A stretch of 64,000 nt of DNA, from NCBI GenBank assembly GCA_048128005.1, contig JBEUKZ010000104.1, positions 248,001 through 312,000 of the forward strand, given 5' to 3'. A model generated the notes under the pieces. It searched no databases. It worked only from the letters and a program-made list of their open reading frames with translations, and was not told the DNA's origin. A program made the position numbers and the translations under genes. Shown one piece after another: positions 32,334-46,700 of the stretch. Source of the stretch: Veleropilina oligotropha. Its lineage: Eukaryota. Every line of letters begins with the position of its first letter. Position 1 is the stretch's first letter.

Positions 32334-32709
32334 AACTAATCACTATGAATAGTATATGTGAACATATGATTCAATGTATTTAAAGCAGCTACCAGATTAA
32401 CCAATCAGCGAGCGCCTCTTATCGAGCGATGGCAACAGCCAATCACAGCCTTCCTCTCTGTTTCAACAGCCAATCAGCGATCACTTCCGGTCATGTAATG
32501 ATGGAAAAACCCACAGGCTATTTATAGTAACAATGTGACTATATATAGTAACATCACGGACGTATAAATAATCAGTTGACGACAATATGATCAGATGCGT
32601 TATGAACCTTCAGCATGAACAATGACCTGCCAATGTAAATATATAATTGTTTGGTGAAAAAATCACTATATAACACTTATATAGTTCATCTAATCATAAT
32701 CACATAACA

Positions 32710-32791
32710 GCATCGGTGGGCGAGTGGTTAGCGAATCAGACACTCAACCGAGGCAGCCAGGATGGCTCAGGTTCGAGGCCAGCCGGCGGCA
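32710..32791 (+). ncRNA. tRNA-like Pol III unit (right arm copy)
   Basis: A-box-like TGGGCGAGTGGTT and B-box GGTTCGAGGCC at tRNA spacing; the cloverleaf is imperfect. Confidence 0.45.
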
Positions 32792-35700
32792 TATGCTTCC
32801 GCTTAAAATAATAGATGAAATATATCGGTCAGATATACCGTAAACCTTGTGTTCATCTGATAAAATGGAGATGTTAAACAGTCCGATATGAAATAAATGC
32901 ATCACAAACTGCAATGAAAAATATAATTATCAGTATATGTTATTCATATGTGGATAATAGAAACTGAACACAGTTGCCTCCCCCATAATTCGTTCAATAA
33001 AATAGAGACGTTAATCGGACGGATGTATATAATAATATGCTTCACACGTGGCTATGTAATAAATATAACCTCGCTAACTACCAGTATATGTCATTCATAT
33101 AGGTGTAATAGAAAACGTACACAGTTATCTCCCCCATAATTCGTCCGATCAAATAGAGGCGTTAAACAGTCGGGTATATATATATATAATAATATGCTTC
33201 ATATGTGGCAATGTAATAAATATTACCTCCCTAGCTAACAGCATATAAGCTTCAAATAAGGAGTAATAGAAACCGTACACAGTTATCTCCCCCTAATTAG
33301 GCTGATCAAATAGAGACGTTAAACAGTCGGGTATATATATATAATAATATGCTTCATGTGTGGCAATGTAATAAATATTACCTCGCTACCTAACAGTATA
33401 TGTTATTCATATAGGGATAATAACACTTGGTTAGATCACAGTTATCCACCCAATAATTCGTCTGATCAAATGGAAATGTTAAACGGATCAATCATAGATC
33501 TATCCCCCTCCAGTTTTGGTTAATATGTCTGGGTATTTACTATTTATTTATCATTATATGAAAACATTTAGGCTGATATCTGAATTTTCTTAAAAAATAA
33601 CGAATGAGTGCAAGAATGCAGGGATTACGGAAATTCCCGGCTTTACCCGAAAAGGGATTACACAATCAGCTGAAATCTCAGTAATGACTGATTAGTCATA
33701 ATCTATAAATAGTTACAAGAAACTATATATATATATATATAAGCGGCAATTCAGTTAATATGACAGACTGAGAGCTGGTTTTAATACTGTATGTTATGAT
33801 ACAAGTACTTGTCATATATTAGCGTTGAGAATTAATCATAATTGCTAATAATTAACTAATAATTCTTCGTTATACCGTCATTATAAGTATATTTCGTTTT
33901 CAAATGACATTATATCTGTTGAATCTCATCGCTATTTATTTATCTACATACCATTCTGTTATTATTGAGTATTCGCTAAATATAGCAACAAACCATATAG
34001 CCTAGGCCTAATACGCGATCGATAGTAATTTTCCACTGATAATTCGATGTTATGCCATCATTAAACGTATATTTCGTATTCAAATGACATTATCTGTTGA
34101 ATTTCACCGTATATACTTACTTATAAGTTGATTTTAATCGCTTATTCCGAACAAAGGCCTGCACGTCAGGGAAATACAACAAACAAGTCACATGACGGCG
34201 GTAACACAACAATTCGGCTCAATAACAGTCGTCCAATATGACTCGCCAATGTCTATAGCATTGGAAAATACATTTGAATAAAAACTTAACAGTACAAACA
34301 CGGGGAGGGTTGATATTTAAAGCTGTCAATAAACAACTAACATATGAACAGAGTTCAGTGTGTATATAACTAGATTGTCGGTTCAATCTGATAATAAATT
34401 CTAATTTTTCTCTAGCATAATAAATACATCAGATTCTAACTGTTTGACATTAAAATATATATATATATATATACTAATGATAACGGTAGTGATTAAATAA
34501 CTTGCACTGGGTTACTTCAATGGAAACCTAGGGTTATACCTACCCCCCGCCCGGGAACAGGGTTGGGTCGCCCGGGGGTATGCCCCCACCCCTGACAAAA
34601 CCCCACCCCCGGGGAAATGCACAAAACTAACAGGGAAAACCTTGGGTTAAACGGTGAAAACATAGAGTTAAACGTCGAAAACATAGGGTTATACTGCCCC
34701 ACACCCCCGGAACAGGGTGGAGTACCCGGGGGGGGGGTATGCCCCCACCCCCCATACCCCGGGGAAACGCCCAACAGTGAAAACATAGAGTTAAACGGCA
34801 AAAACATAGGGTTATACTGCCCCACACCCCCCGGATCTGGGGTGGAGTCGCCCGGGGGTATGCCCCCATACCCCCACCCCCCGGGGAAACGCCCAACAGT
34901 GAAAACATAGAGTTAAACGGCGAAAACATACGGTTATACTGGCCCCCACCCCCGGAACAGGGTGGAGTACCCGGGGGGTATGCCCCACACCCCCGGGGAA
35001 ACGACCAAAACCTTGGGTTAAAGAGGGAAAACCTGGGGTTAAACGTCAAAAACCTAGGGTTAAACAGGGTGGGGCCGTCCCGGGGGTACGGCAGACACAC
35101 CCCAAAATCCCCACCCCCGGGGACAGGGTTATCGCCCCTGTTTTGGTATCGGAGACGCCCACATACTACTATTATCCCCTTTGAAACACAGCAGTCCCGT
35201 GTGCGTGTTTTACGCGCCGATCACCTGTCTGATGTTCATCTAGGCTAAAGCAATTAATTGACTTTGCCTTGTTTTATGTGTGCGGAAAGGGGAATACTAC
35301 ATAGCGCATATGTCAGCTACGTTCATCGTACAATAGAGTCATGGAACGTTGCAGTAGATACCGCGCATGTTCACCTGTCTAGGGTGGATCACTATAATTA
35401 TGTGCTTGATAAAGCAGAAATACTGACAAAGTGGGATAGATCTCGTATGACTATTCGTCTTAATGTCCAAATAACCAATATGTTTGAAGGATACATAGAT
35501 ATGACACAGATTGACTTGTGCAAATGTTATGGGATCTTTCACATTATATACAAGAAGGTTGATGTTGCATTTCGTCAATGATTTCGCCACGAAGAAGATA
35601 TACCAGTGCAGACCTGGTCAATCATCGACTGGGTGAGTGCTGCTTTGGCGCACCTGTGATCGAATGGGTGTCGTTGTTGCACACATGCGAGCGACCGAGT

Positions 35701-37559
35701 TAGTGAGTGCTTGTCTGGCAAAGCGTGCTGAAATTGTCAAATGTGTTCTGAAATGCCGAAATAACATACCAAAGTGCAAATTGGGCAACAGCGCCGCAAA
35801 TGCCAGCTTCCGATGGAAGGAGGGAACCGCATCTTTGATGAGGGGTTCCAGCCCCGATATTGGTTCCCTTTGCATATTCGCCTCGCTATAAACGGGTTCG
35901 CCCTGAAAGTGAAATATATGAATGCATTGGTCATATATACGGATGAATTAGGGTACATTCGAATTTCGGCTGCATTACGTACACATTCAGCCGAATTGCG
36001 TACACGTGCAGTTAAATTGCGTACGCATAGCGCTGAATTGCGTACATATGAAACATTAAATTTTATTATTGATATAAAATCAATTCATCATCCATGCAAG
36101 ACGCTAAATCACTACCTTGTTTCTATTATATAGAAAATTCCACAAAAGAATTCATTCAGAATTAAAAGCCTTCACATTGTCCTTCCCAATTCGAAATTAC
36201 ATAGGTCTTGGATAGCTACATAACTTGGTCTGAAAACATGGTAAGAATGCATTGGTGCTTTGGATTCAATGTGCATTCGAACTACAAGTCACGAATTTGT
36301 GGTTGCCGGATCTCGTGGGTTATACTGATTAAAACGTTGATATTAATTCCTTCACTGTTCAAAGATACATTTATAATACTAGTATATGACAATACGTCAT
36401 GTCCTGTTCATTGCAAGAAAATCGCAATCCTATATAACGTTTCATGACAAAATATCTTGCTTTTAAATTATTGCATTGGTTATCACAATTCTGGATATAG
36501 GTACATATTGTTAATGTTAGTATCGAAATGACGACACTTGTCTTAGACAACACACAATGTTTCTCAATTATGGCGCTCAGTTAGGATGTGGATATTTGCA
36601 ACCAAAGCAAATGAAATAATAAAACGATTGTGCTAAAAATATGCATCCATATATTTTGAGATTACACTGAGAAAAATTTCCTCAATTATTGAATGAATGG
36701 CGTTAATGACTTCGATAATCGAATATGCAACACCTTGGCACGAGAAGAATAAAATACAAATATGTACAAAAATCGGTTACCTGATAAGTAAATGCGTAAT
36801 TGAATCCACCTGATTATGAAAATATGGATTATCAAGAGCAAACACAAATGTAATCTTCGGGATGGCACACCATTAATTGTGTTCTATTATATAACATTAA
36901 TAAAATGGCTGCTTCGTGCAAGTGAAACACGTAATTGGCAAGAATAGACGCGATTACAGATTAACACGGATATGCCATTACAGGCATCATTTCCAGTTTC
37001 GATTGTTTATCATGATCTAATAGTTATATCTGGGTGCCATGACAACCATAACGCCAGAGTTGTTATTGATTTGTTTAGTAAATTAAACCCACCTTTCTTG
37101 AACCAAATTCAAGAACGATGATTGATTACGTGAAGTGAATCATTTTAGTTTTATGACAACATTTTGAAGTCGTGTCTACAGTCGGAACCTCGGTTTAACG
37201 TCTTCCTCGAAGGATTCGTGACGGGTTTTTATGCCATCCCATCTATTAGTTAAGCATTAGAATAAGCCTTAGCTGAAGGGGAATCGAACCCACATCCTCT
37301 GTCGCTCTACTATACAGGTGAACCACCGAGGACAGTTTATGAATGAGGAATAACAAAATAATTGTATAGTGTATAAATACACTACACCTGGCACTCCAAG
37401 AAGAAATGATCGGTGTCGCGGTTTCTAAATTCGTGGACCGATTTTAAGAAAAATGCTTGTTTCTAGGAAACAATTCAATATATCAATATGCACATGTATA
37501 TGAAACTACTATATATATATATTATGGTGTAGGTCTACTGTTATTGCCATTTAACGTTA

Positions 37560-37950
37560 TCCCATCATCGCCTACGACGAACCGATACGGCGGTATACAG
37601 TGGTGCAACGCGCTGAAACGTACCATATCGCCGTATCGCATCGCACCATCATTCCATCGCGTCGAACAACCATATCATACTGATAGCAATGGCCCATCGT
37701 ACCTTTGCATCGCTCCATAATTGTACCATCGCACCGCACTATCGCTCGATCGGATCGTTCTATTGTATCTTCACATCGCTCCATCTCATCGTGCCATCGT
37801 ATCGCTCAGTCCTATCATAGCAACGCTCCATCATACCGTCGCATCGCTCCATTGTACCATCGTATCTCTCAATCGTTTGATCGTATCGTTCCATTTTATC
37901 TTCGCATCGTATCGTACTATCGCTCCATCGTATGCGATGATGCGATGGTA
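37560..37950. repeat. Degenerate short-period (CATCG/TATCG) low-complexity repeat
   Basis: Dense catcg, tatcg and accat motifs. Confidence 0.7.
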
Positions 37951-39059
37951 CGATTATAATACTAACAGTACACCATTATATATAGCTATTTCAGGAAGGA
38001 TTGTATAAATTGACCACTAGAGTCTTCGCATAAGAACAGCTTTTTAAATACGTGTTATCACGAACTCGAACAAATACTCATATGAATGAGTGCAGAAAAT
38101 TATGAACAGTCTCTCTGGAGCATTATCTTTCGACCGTAGCCTTTTCTGCCAAGAAGGCAACACAGTAATATATACAATTTCAAGTTAACGTACACAGATT
38201 ACCAGAATTTCTTTCCTACGTAAAATTTGACGGCGAACTATTAATTGAAGGTACATAGTGATCAATTATGCTTTAAAAGTGTTGTAGGTAACATAACTTA
38301 ATTCTTGCTATGGAAATTAAGGCTCGCTGTTTGATGTTAATGAGGTTGTGCTCACCATATGCAAATATGTTTATAATGAGTCTGTCTGGAGTCTGGGTCA
38401 TTTAAATAGTAAAGCCAAGTTCGGTAATCATAATTATTTGCTTCTCAGTAATAATCATCAGCGATTACACGCGATATACTAATTTGAAAGTAATCAATCG
38501 TATAGCACCGCAAATGCATCACAATTATATAAGATTAGAATTAGAAATACCTGACATTTTTACAAATGTTGTTGTTATACATGTCTATATAGTAGACACA
38601 AATTAATGTACTTACCTAGGTACTTATTCCTAGACGTTATTCATTGCTGCAAGTGTACCAGTTAACGGAGTGATGTTGATTCCAGCTTTGAAGCCCGAGT
38701 GAAATACGGTCGCGGTGCGAGTCCCAGGGGCAACTATATATAGCCTGCTAACGATGTTCAATATATTTAGCTTAGTAAACATGGATGCATAAAGTAATTG
38801 AACAGACACTGCTAGCCACTAGCGCAGAACGTCAATGCTTGATAACGGAAACGGTGAGGAAAAATATATTAATAGTACCGCCAGGTGCGAGAACGAACAT
38901 TAAAAAATGAAGTACAAATATAAAAATGTTGGATCTAATTTGAATTAGCGAGTATTGCTTGAGAAGACACCAGATTAGTAGTGTGGTATATAAACGGCCA
39001 CACGAGGGGGGGGGGGGGGGATAGAGCCCGGAACCCATATAATCCAGTAGTCAGAAGCT

Positions 39060-40260
39060 GATTTTTAGCTTAACCCAAATATCTCGGCATAAGTTTTTTT
39101 TACTACATGTAATTGATGAGTTCTCATCTTAGGGCAGCGTTTTTGCTCATCTCGAACTGTGATGTTCATAGAGGTATCATTCTGACGTCTATACCCATGT
39201 ATTCAGGCTCAGTTAACATGGTCAGATCAACAACAATAATACTGAATGATTTGGTAGAGGCTATCATCTTAATTTTCAAAATGGTCGCCAAATGCGTTCG
39301 CCATCCAAAGAGCTAATATGGCCGCCAATTAAAATTTCATCTGCTAATATCTTGATCCTCGAGAGCCATATGAATAAGATTCTGGTGTCTACACATATAT
39401 TTTCATACTCAATGAACAAGATTTTAATACTTTTTAGTAATATTGTGTGATTTGGAGAATGTTATCACCTTAAAACTCAAAATGGCCGCCAAAATGGTTG
39501 CAAGCCTAACACGTTTTTTATCATATCTCGAACTGTGATGTTCATAGAGGTATCATTCTGACGTCTTAACCCATGTTTTCAGGCTCAGTTAACATGGTCA
39601 GATCAACAACAATAATACTGAATGATTTGGTAGAGGCTATCATCTTAACTTTCAAAATGGTCGCCAAATGCGTTCGCCATCCAAAGAGCTAATATGGCCG
39701 CCAATTAAAATTTCATCTGCTAATATCTTGATCCTCGAGAGCCATATGAATAAGATTCTGGTGTCTACACATATATTTTCATACTCAATAAACAAGATTT
39801 GAATACTTTTTAGTAATATTGTGTGATGTGGAGAAGGTAAAACTCAAAATGGCCGCCAAAATGGTTGCAAGCCTAACACGTTTTTTTATCATATCTCGAA
39901 CTGTGATGTTCATAGAGGCATCATTCTGACGTCTTAACCCATGTTTTCAGGCTCAGTGAACATGGTGACGTCTAAACCCATGTTTTCAGGCTCAGTGAAC
40001 ATGGTGACGTCTAAACCCATGTTTTCAGGCTTATGAACATGGTGACGTCTAAACCCATGTTTTCAGGCTTATGAACATGGTGACGTCTAAACCCATGTTT
40101 TCAGGCTTATGAACATGGTGACGTCTAAACCCATGTTTTCAGGCTTATGAACATGGTGAGATCGACAATAGTAATAATAAATGATTTAGAGGCTGTCATC
40201 TTAACTTTCAAAATTGTCGCCAAATGCGTGCGCCATACAATGAGCTAACGTTTATATCGC
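39060..40260. repeat. Interspersed repeat with ~370-bp tandem units and a nested 39-bp tandem array (~39930-40160); related inverted segment at ~42000-42400
   Basis: atctcgaactgtgatgttcatagagg at ~39149, 39524 and 39893; gacgtctaaacccatgttttcaggct about six times. Confidence 0.8.
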
Positions 40261-40429
40261 AGACTCTGTGACACATATAGACATGTTTCTGCTGTACATC
40301 TTCTCAGAATCATTAAACATGATAATAATCAAAACATTGGATCATAATTTATGACATTACATCTACACATTGAAGCATAATTAATGTAGAAATATGACTA
40401 GATTAGAATGACCTGACTGGAAATTGTTC

Positions 40430-41650
40430 ATCGGGAAACATTAATACTGTATGAAGCACACATTGAAACATAACTGACATAGCATAGCCAAAGATGGGTG
40501 ATCAGAGGCGCAGTGTGGATCCATTGAGAAGGGATTAAAGCAGGGAATGGCAAACAGGCCTACGATACTCTACAACTATGAACCCCACCCAAACCTCTCC
40601 ATTTTGTAAGCCAACCAAATCATCACAGAGAGTGAAAACAGTCTATCGGTACTGAAGGAGGATGTAACTGCAGCATTGGGGTGCTTAAATGCTGGCAAGT
40701 CACCTGGAGTGGACAACGTCTCCTCGGACTGAAGAGAAGCGGAGGTGAAGGAACTGTAAAGGCCCTGACAATTCTGACAGACGATCTGGAAACAGAGAAA
40801 ATAACTAACAGAGTGAACACAATCGCTAGTGATACCTTAATAAAGAACGGACCATCAGCATGATCATCCGCCTCAGCAAGGTGATGCTAAGCATCATCCT
40901 CAACCGATTGAAAACGAAGGCATATGAACTACTGTCGGAGAAGTAAGCTGGATTCAGAGCTGAGTACTGTGGAACATATTTTCATCTGTAGAATCATCAT
41001 TTCAAAATCAACGCTACCTCTTTAATAATTTAATAGCCTCCAAAAAGCCTTTGCCTGAATTTGGCACGAAGGCCCCTGGAACGTACTGAGAGGCTATAAA
41101 TTCGAGGAAGGCCTTGTTCAGGTCATTCAGGCCCCCTGAAAGCACCCCAACAGCGCAGTTCTTCTGAACAGTCAACTGTGAATCTTCTTTCAGACAACTT
41201 TCGGCATCAGACAGGGTTGCTTACTCTCTCTCCTGTTCTCTACAACATTAATGCCAACATCACCATGAACAGGAAGCCATTAGAGGAAGTGTCCAGCTTC
41301 AAATACTGCGAGGGACTCTGTCTAAGGATGGTGCCTGCACAGCAGAAATCCGTATCCGATTCGCCACAGATTAGCCACTGTAGCGATGGCCAGACTTCGT
41401 AGGATTTGGATAAGTAACATCGTATTCCCACCACATAAGGTATTTGAATTGAAATCACTCAGGACGTTGCTCCGCATTTCCTAGTTGGAGAACAAGACCA
41501 ACAAGTACATGCGGAGCAAAGTATAAAGACTCAGGGCCGCCAGAAACCTATACTATTCTTGCCACTAAAAGACGGAAGAGAAGTTGGTTCGGCCACGTCA
41601 CACGGCCCGTCAGTCTCTGCAAGATTATCATACAAGACACAGTCGAGGCA
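40430..41650 (+). mobile_element. Highly degenerate RTE-clade LINE ORF2 fragment
   Basis: Scattered frames give KSPGVDN, SKVMLSIILNRLK, AGFRA, KKAF and WFGHVTR. Confidence 0.7.
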
Positions 41651-42444
41651 CGACGGGTTTTCGTCCATTTGCCATTTAAAATTACTATAACTCTACGAAT
41701 TTATTCAATGCACGAAATGCAGGAAGAGATCGAGCTATCTTAAATATCATTCCCATTCCTGATCCCATCATCCGTAAACTTAACCAAGTGGTATATTTCT
41801 TATCATTTCTGATAAACCATATCAGGCGAGCTTCATTGTCCTTATAGCTGCACTTGTAATCTTCTTATCATTAGTATTGACCCTGAACCTGACCCTGAAC
41901 TATAAACAACATATTTTGCTAGGACAAAAAGTGTTTGACATTTAAGATGTCAGCTTCTACTGAATAATCCAATGTTATTATTATTTTTCTTATCATGTTT
42001 ATTGACCCTGAAAACATGGGCACCATTTATCATGTCTCTAGGCGTCTAAAGAACTGAGATATTAACAAATGAAATTTTGCTTGGCGGCCATCTTTTAATA
42101 TGGCCGCTAATGGTGAGATCCCACACCGCATGGAACATATTACATACATGCCATAGATGGGTCTAGACGTCACCATGTTCACTGAGCCGGAAAACATGGG
42201 TTTAGACGTCTGAATGATGCCTCTATGAACATCACAGGTCGAGATATTGGCAAAAATGCGTTGGTTTGCAACTATTTTGGTAGCCAAAAACACCCAATAT
42301 TACACAAAGGTATTCTAATCTTGCTTACTGCGTATGAAAACATGTGGGTAAATACCAGAATCTTAGAAAAAAAATTCTTAGAAAAAATAATCAGCATTTA
42401 ACTTTACCATAGGCGAATTTCTCTATCAACATGGTGTTGTTAAA

Positions 42445-43435
42445 GCCGGTGTAAGATTGAAAAGGCACCCCCGTTGAAAAGTGACCCGTACGGTCACTTT
42501 TCAACGTTGAATAATGACTCTGGGTGCCTTTTCAACCGTTGAATAATGACCCTGGGTACCTTTTCAACGTTGAATAATGACCCCGGGTATGTTTTCAACG
42601 GATGGGGGGTCATTTTTCAATGGCTCACCCACGGATTGCAAAGGCACCCCCGTTGAATATACGTCCTATGGTCACTTTTCAACTGTTGAATAGTGACCCC
42701 GGGTACCTTTTCAACGTTGAATAATGACCCCGCTAAGTTTTTACACATGGTGGAGGGGGAATTTTTCAATGGCCCACCTACGGGTTGAAAAGGTACCCCG
42801 TCGAATATACACCCTATAGTCATATTATGCAAAAGTACAGGTTAAATAATTGAATGCAGTACATTTCTTATTTAATGATTTGGGCTTGAGGCATTATATT
42901 TCTATTTCGAAAATGCCTGAACATGCTCTCTTTATATGGACTGAAATATTATAATATATATATATTGTCGGACTATTATAGTCTTGCTGTGATCCTGCTG
43001 GCTGACACTGTCACCACTATGTGGGCATAGACGGGTCTTGAAACCAAGAACAGGAATAAAGTCGATAGTGCTGAATGCATATTTGGGTTTTTTTAATTTA
43101 GAGATATGCGTGCGTGTAAATTGCCCTATACCCCCACCCCCCTCATGCAATTAATCTTCTTTTATGTTGTTTGAAAACATAATGCAACAATTCTATGCGG
43201 TTTGGGTTGCATATATCGACTCCATATATTCAGTATTTGTTGTATCATTTAGACAATGAAACTTATATCTAGGCCGCCGACATACACAAAGATACACCAG
43301 AGCCCGGCTATTGAATCAAGTCTAAAGCCGTGTTTCCTCTCGCCCGAATGTGAAAAACAACTAACGACTAACGAATGATAAAATATAAGGACCGAAAATA
43401 TTCGCATTCGGACGAGTGGAAACTCGGCTTTAATG
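42445..43435 (+). repeat. Dispersed repeat with 40-bp subrepeats; second copy at ~62890-63995, fragments at ~50370-50480 and ~59428-59600
   Basis: ttcaacgttgaataatgacccc units and shared downstream sequence. It ends in a small TIR element aaagccgtgtttcc...ggaaactcggcttt. Confidence 0.8.
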
Positions 43436-44147
43436 TGGCATGCGATATGTTGTCACTAGAGCATCTCGTTGTCCTTCGACACAGACCGACTGGGTTTAAG
43501 CGCTGCTCCATGTTCCAGCACTGACTGTGCTCTTATGATGACGACGGGCTCAAATTCCGACGAATACAACGTTGTAGCAACAGTTACGGTATCCTCAAAA
43601 CGGCGAGTGGGTTTCGCCATATAATATTTTATACGCAAAAATCCATACAAAAATACGCCATCCACTTCAATACTTCGACACAGCTGCGGCGATCGTGTTG
43701 CTGAGCAGTCATATGTAGGCCTATACATGTATGCATTCATGCGTGCATGTATGTAAATACGTACGTACTTACGTGTGTAGGCTATGTATGCATACATGCC
43801 TGTATGTAAGTACTACGGGCGTGCGTTGCCAGTGCGTCCAATATATGTTGGTCCAAACAAAACCATGTTGCCTCTCATATAATTGTCTATTAAATACATA
43901 CAGGCCAGAGCCAGCTCCTAGGACGGTGACGTATATCAATACCAATGTCATATTTCTCGTCGGGTCCTCGTAACTTAGTGGTCAAAGCATTCGGAGATCA
44001 CTGGTTCGACTCCCGTCGGGGATATGACATTTTAATTGATATAAAATATTCATATATTCTTATGTGGTATATGGATGTTCGCTGAGGCCGTTGCCAGTGC
44101 GTTCAATATATGTTGGTCAAAACAAAACCATGTTGCCTGTCATATAA

Positions 44148-45005
44148 TTACACTCGCCCCCTTGGGGGGGGGGCGTCTGTCTGTCCGTGAGCATAACTAA
44201 AAATCTACAGCTCCAATTCAGTTGAAAATTTTACACAACGTTCTGTGCTCCTGTAGCTCGGTCCTCCTCGAATTTGGTGACTGTACATTAAAGGTCAAGG
44301 TCACTAAGGTCAAGAAATGCATTATCGCATATAACTTCTGATCTATGTGCAGAAAATAGACGCATATGGTGTCATTCGAAAGGTCATCTAATGGCGCTTT
44401 AGTGTATCTAATATCGTAGTAAATAGATGCAAATGTCGTTATTCGAAAGATATATCTAACATTGTGATGAATATAGGTCAAGGTCACAGGTGTCGAAAGG
44501 TCACGAAATAACATTTTCGCAAATATCTTCTGATCTACATGCAACAAATACATGCAAATGGCGGCATTCGAAGGGTCTTCTAATGGCGCATTATATGTAT
44601 ATTACATTGTGATTAATATATGTCAAGGTCACAGGCATCGAAAGGTCACGAAATAACATTTTCACAAATATCTTCTGATCTACATGCAGTAAATGTATGC
44701 AAATGGTGTCATTCTAAAGGTCTTCTCATGGCGCCTTAGATGTATTAAATATTGTGATCAATATAGGTCAAAGGTCAAGGTCACCAAAATGCATTTACGC
44801 ATATAACTTATGATCTAAATGAAGTAAATATATGCAAATGATGTCATTCGATAGGTCTTCTAATGGCGGTTTAGATGTATACAAGGGTCAATGACACAGG
44901 TGTCGAAAGATCAGGAAAACACATTTTCGCATATCTTCTGATTGCTCCATTACTATATTGATGAGGCCCTACAGGCGAGGGTTTGTAATCTCTGATTGCC
45001 TTGTT
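44148..45005 (+). mobile_element. Helentron-like non-autonomous element with ~160-bp internal repeats
   Basis: 5' ctcgcc with a (GTCT) microsatellite, internal ggtcaaggtcac repeats, and 3' ggcgag...gccttgtt. Confidence 0.5.
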
Positions 45006-46349
45006 TTCTATTAAATACATGCATACATAAATATATTTATTATATATATACCGCTCTTTGTGTCTGTATATATGTATATATGTCTGCTAGTTTGTGTGTC
45101 CGCAGGTCGCTTCGCCGATAGTACACTTTGACATTGTTTGGAATCAACTTTAACCAAGGATGCTTCGGGGCCTATTTTGGCGCAGCTGACATGAGCTACA
45201 TGGGAATTACACACATGTATGGACTTAGCATGATTACGGGTATAGGCCCACAGTCAGAATTTTGACCAATAGGTCATGTATAAGTATTATAATATCCATT
45301 ATTCGCCGGACATCGGCCAACCGCCTGCTTATACGGTGCCATATATATATTGCAGATTCGTTCTGTGTTTTGTGGCGAATTGTTGTCGGTGGAATTGGCT
45401 TGGAACATAATTGTCAGATGTCCGACCGTCTGCTTGCTGTAGAACCACCAGCCTGCGATAATTATATGACCGAATTGTTCGATATTCAAAAGAGTTCCCC
45501 ATTCAGTCAATCAGAAAGCTGGACTTGTATTATCATATGTTTATTATTAAATCTAGGCCCTATGTATTGAATATGTCACATTGGGACACCCCCATGTTAA
45601 TGTTGGAGGAAATCACGAATATTCAGGGAATATCCGAGAAAACCCATCTGCCGTGTATGGTGCACTGTGTTGCTGTTATTCCAAATTTTGACTTGGACGG
45701 GAAGCGAACCCACAATCTTCGGAACAGCGCAGTCACTGAATGAATTTGGAGCAACTATGTAAGCCCATGACTGCATACATGAGTCTACCTGTGTAGGTCT
45801 ACATAGTATAAGCTTGTATCCCCATATGACCAGTCACCTTGTTTTGCTAACTAACAATTCATTGTAGTTCAAATATGCATGACATATTTTCTTAATTTCT
45901 GTTTCCGTTTGGGGGAGGTTCGATCCACATTTGATGTAAAAAAATGCATGTCAAGACGATATACCGGTATTCGATTTTCCTCGGTTCATATTAACGTTTT
46001 CAGTAATACACGAAAATAACCTTAACCTTTGACCCAGAGGCATGGTGGTATACACGGTGTATACCCAATATGAAAGCTGCAGGTTAAGCGGTTCATCTTA
46101 TAAGTGACAGAAATCTATCTTCTAAGTGCCAGAACAGAAATACACGAAAATGACATCGACTTTGACCCAGCGATCCCATCTTTGAACTTAGGCAAGGCCT
46201 GATGGTATACACGGTGTATACTAAATATGAAAGGAGTAAGTTCAGCGGTTCGTCTTCTATGTGATAGAAAGCAATCAGACGACGGACGGACGCCAGTCCA
46301 CGGTTATAGCCATGCCTAGAAGGCGGGCCAAAGATGAGTATTACTTGGA

Positions 46350-46700
46350 CCATGTCCAACACTTCCAGCTATTTTCACGAAAATCGGTTCATGACATTTT
46401 GAGTAATCCTGCTGACAGACAAACAAATAGCACTCGATCATTAGATCGTATAGCGCGGCCCACCAAATCCGGATCACCACCAATATGTTATGGGATAACC
46501 TTGGGCTATGTCCAACACTTCCAGCTAATTTCAGGAAAATCGGTTCATGACATTTTGAGTAATCCTGCTGACAGACAAACAAATAGCACTCGATCATTAG
46601 ATCGTATATCCCGGCCCACCAAATCCGGATCACCACCAAAATGTTATGGGATAACCTTGGGCTATGTCCAAAACTTCCAGGAAGTTTCAGTAATCCTGCC
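46350..46700 (+). repeat. ~159-bp direct tandem duplication
   Basis: Visible as the repeated peptide in ORF 46261-46728. Confidence 0.8.

Larger units (their letters stand above)
26915..35170. mobile_element. Non-autonomous, fully palindromic Polinton/Maverick derivative (8256 bp) with a 6-bp TSD
   Basis: Starts AGTAGTatgtgggcg and ends cgcccacatACTACT. ATTATC lies at 26909-26914 and 35171-35176. Arms 26915-31005 and 31053-35170 are near-identical reverse complements and contain a Polinton-type ATPase. Confidence 0.9.

Noticed and set aside
26915..35170. Assembly fold-back artefact
   Set aside because: The arms differ at multiple sites, the two flanks are unrelated and a 6-bp TSD is present. 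Considered unlikely, though read support is still needed.
35258..35958. Short ORFs flanking the palindromic element
   Set aside because: No recognisable domains, starts or splice context.
39930..40160. CRISPR-like regular repeats (also 54220-54920 and 55250-55570)
   Set aside because: Head-to-tail tandem units without unique spacers, in a eukaryotic context with no cas genes.
43965..44025. tRNA genes suggested by A/B-box motifs (also ~37270-37330 and ~62760-62850)
   Set aside because: No complete cloverleaf; more likely decayed SINE heads.
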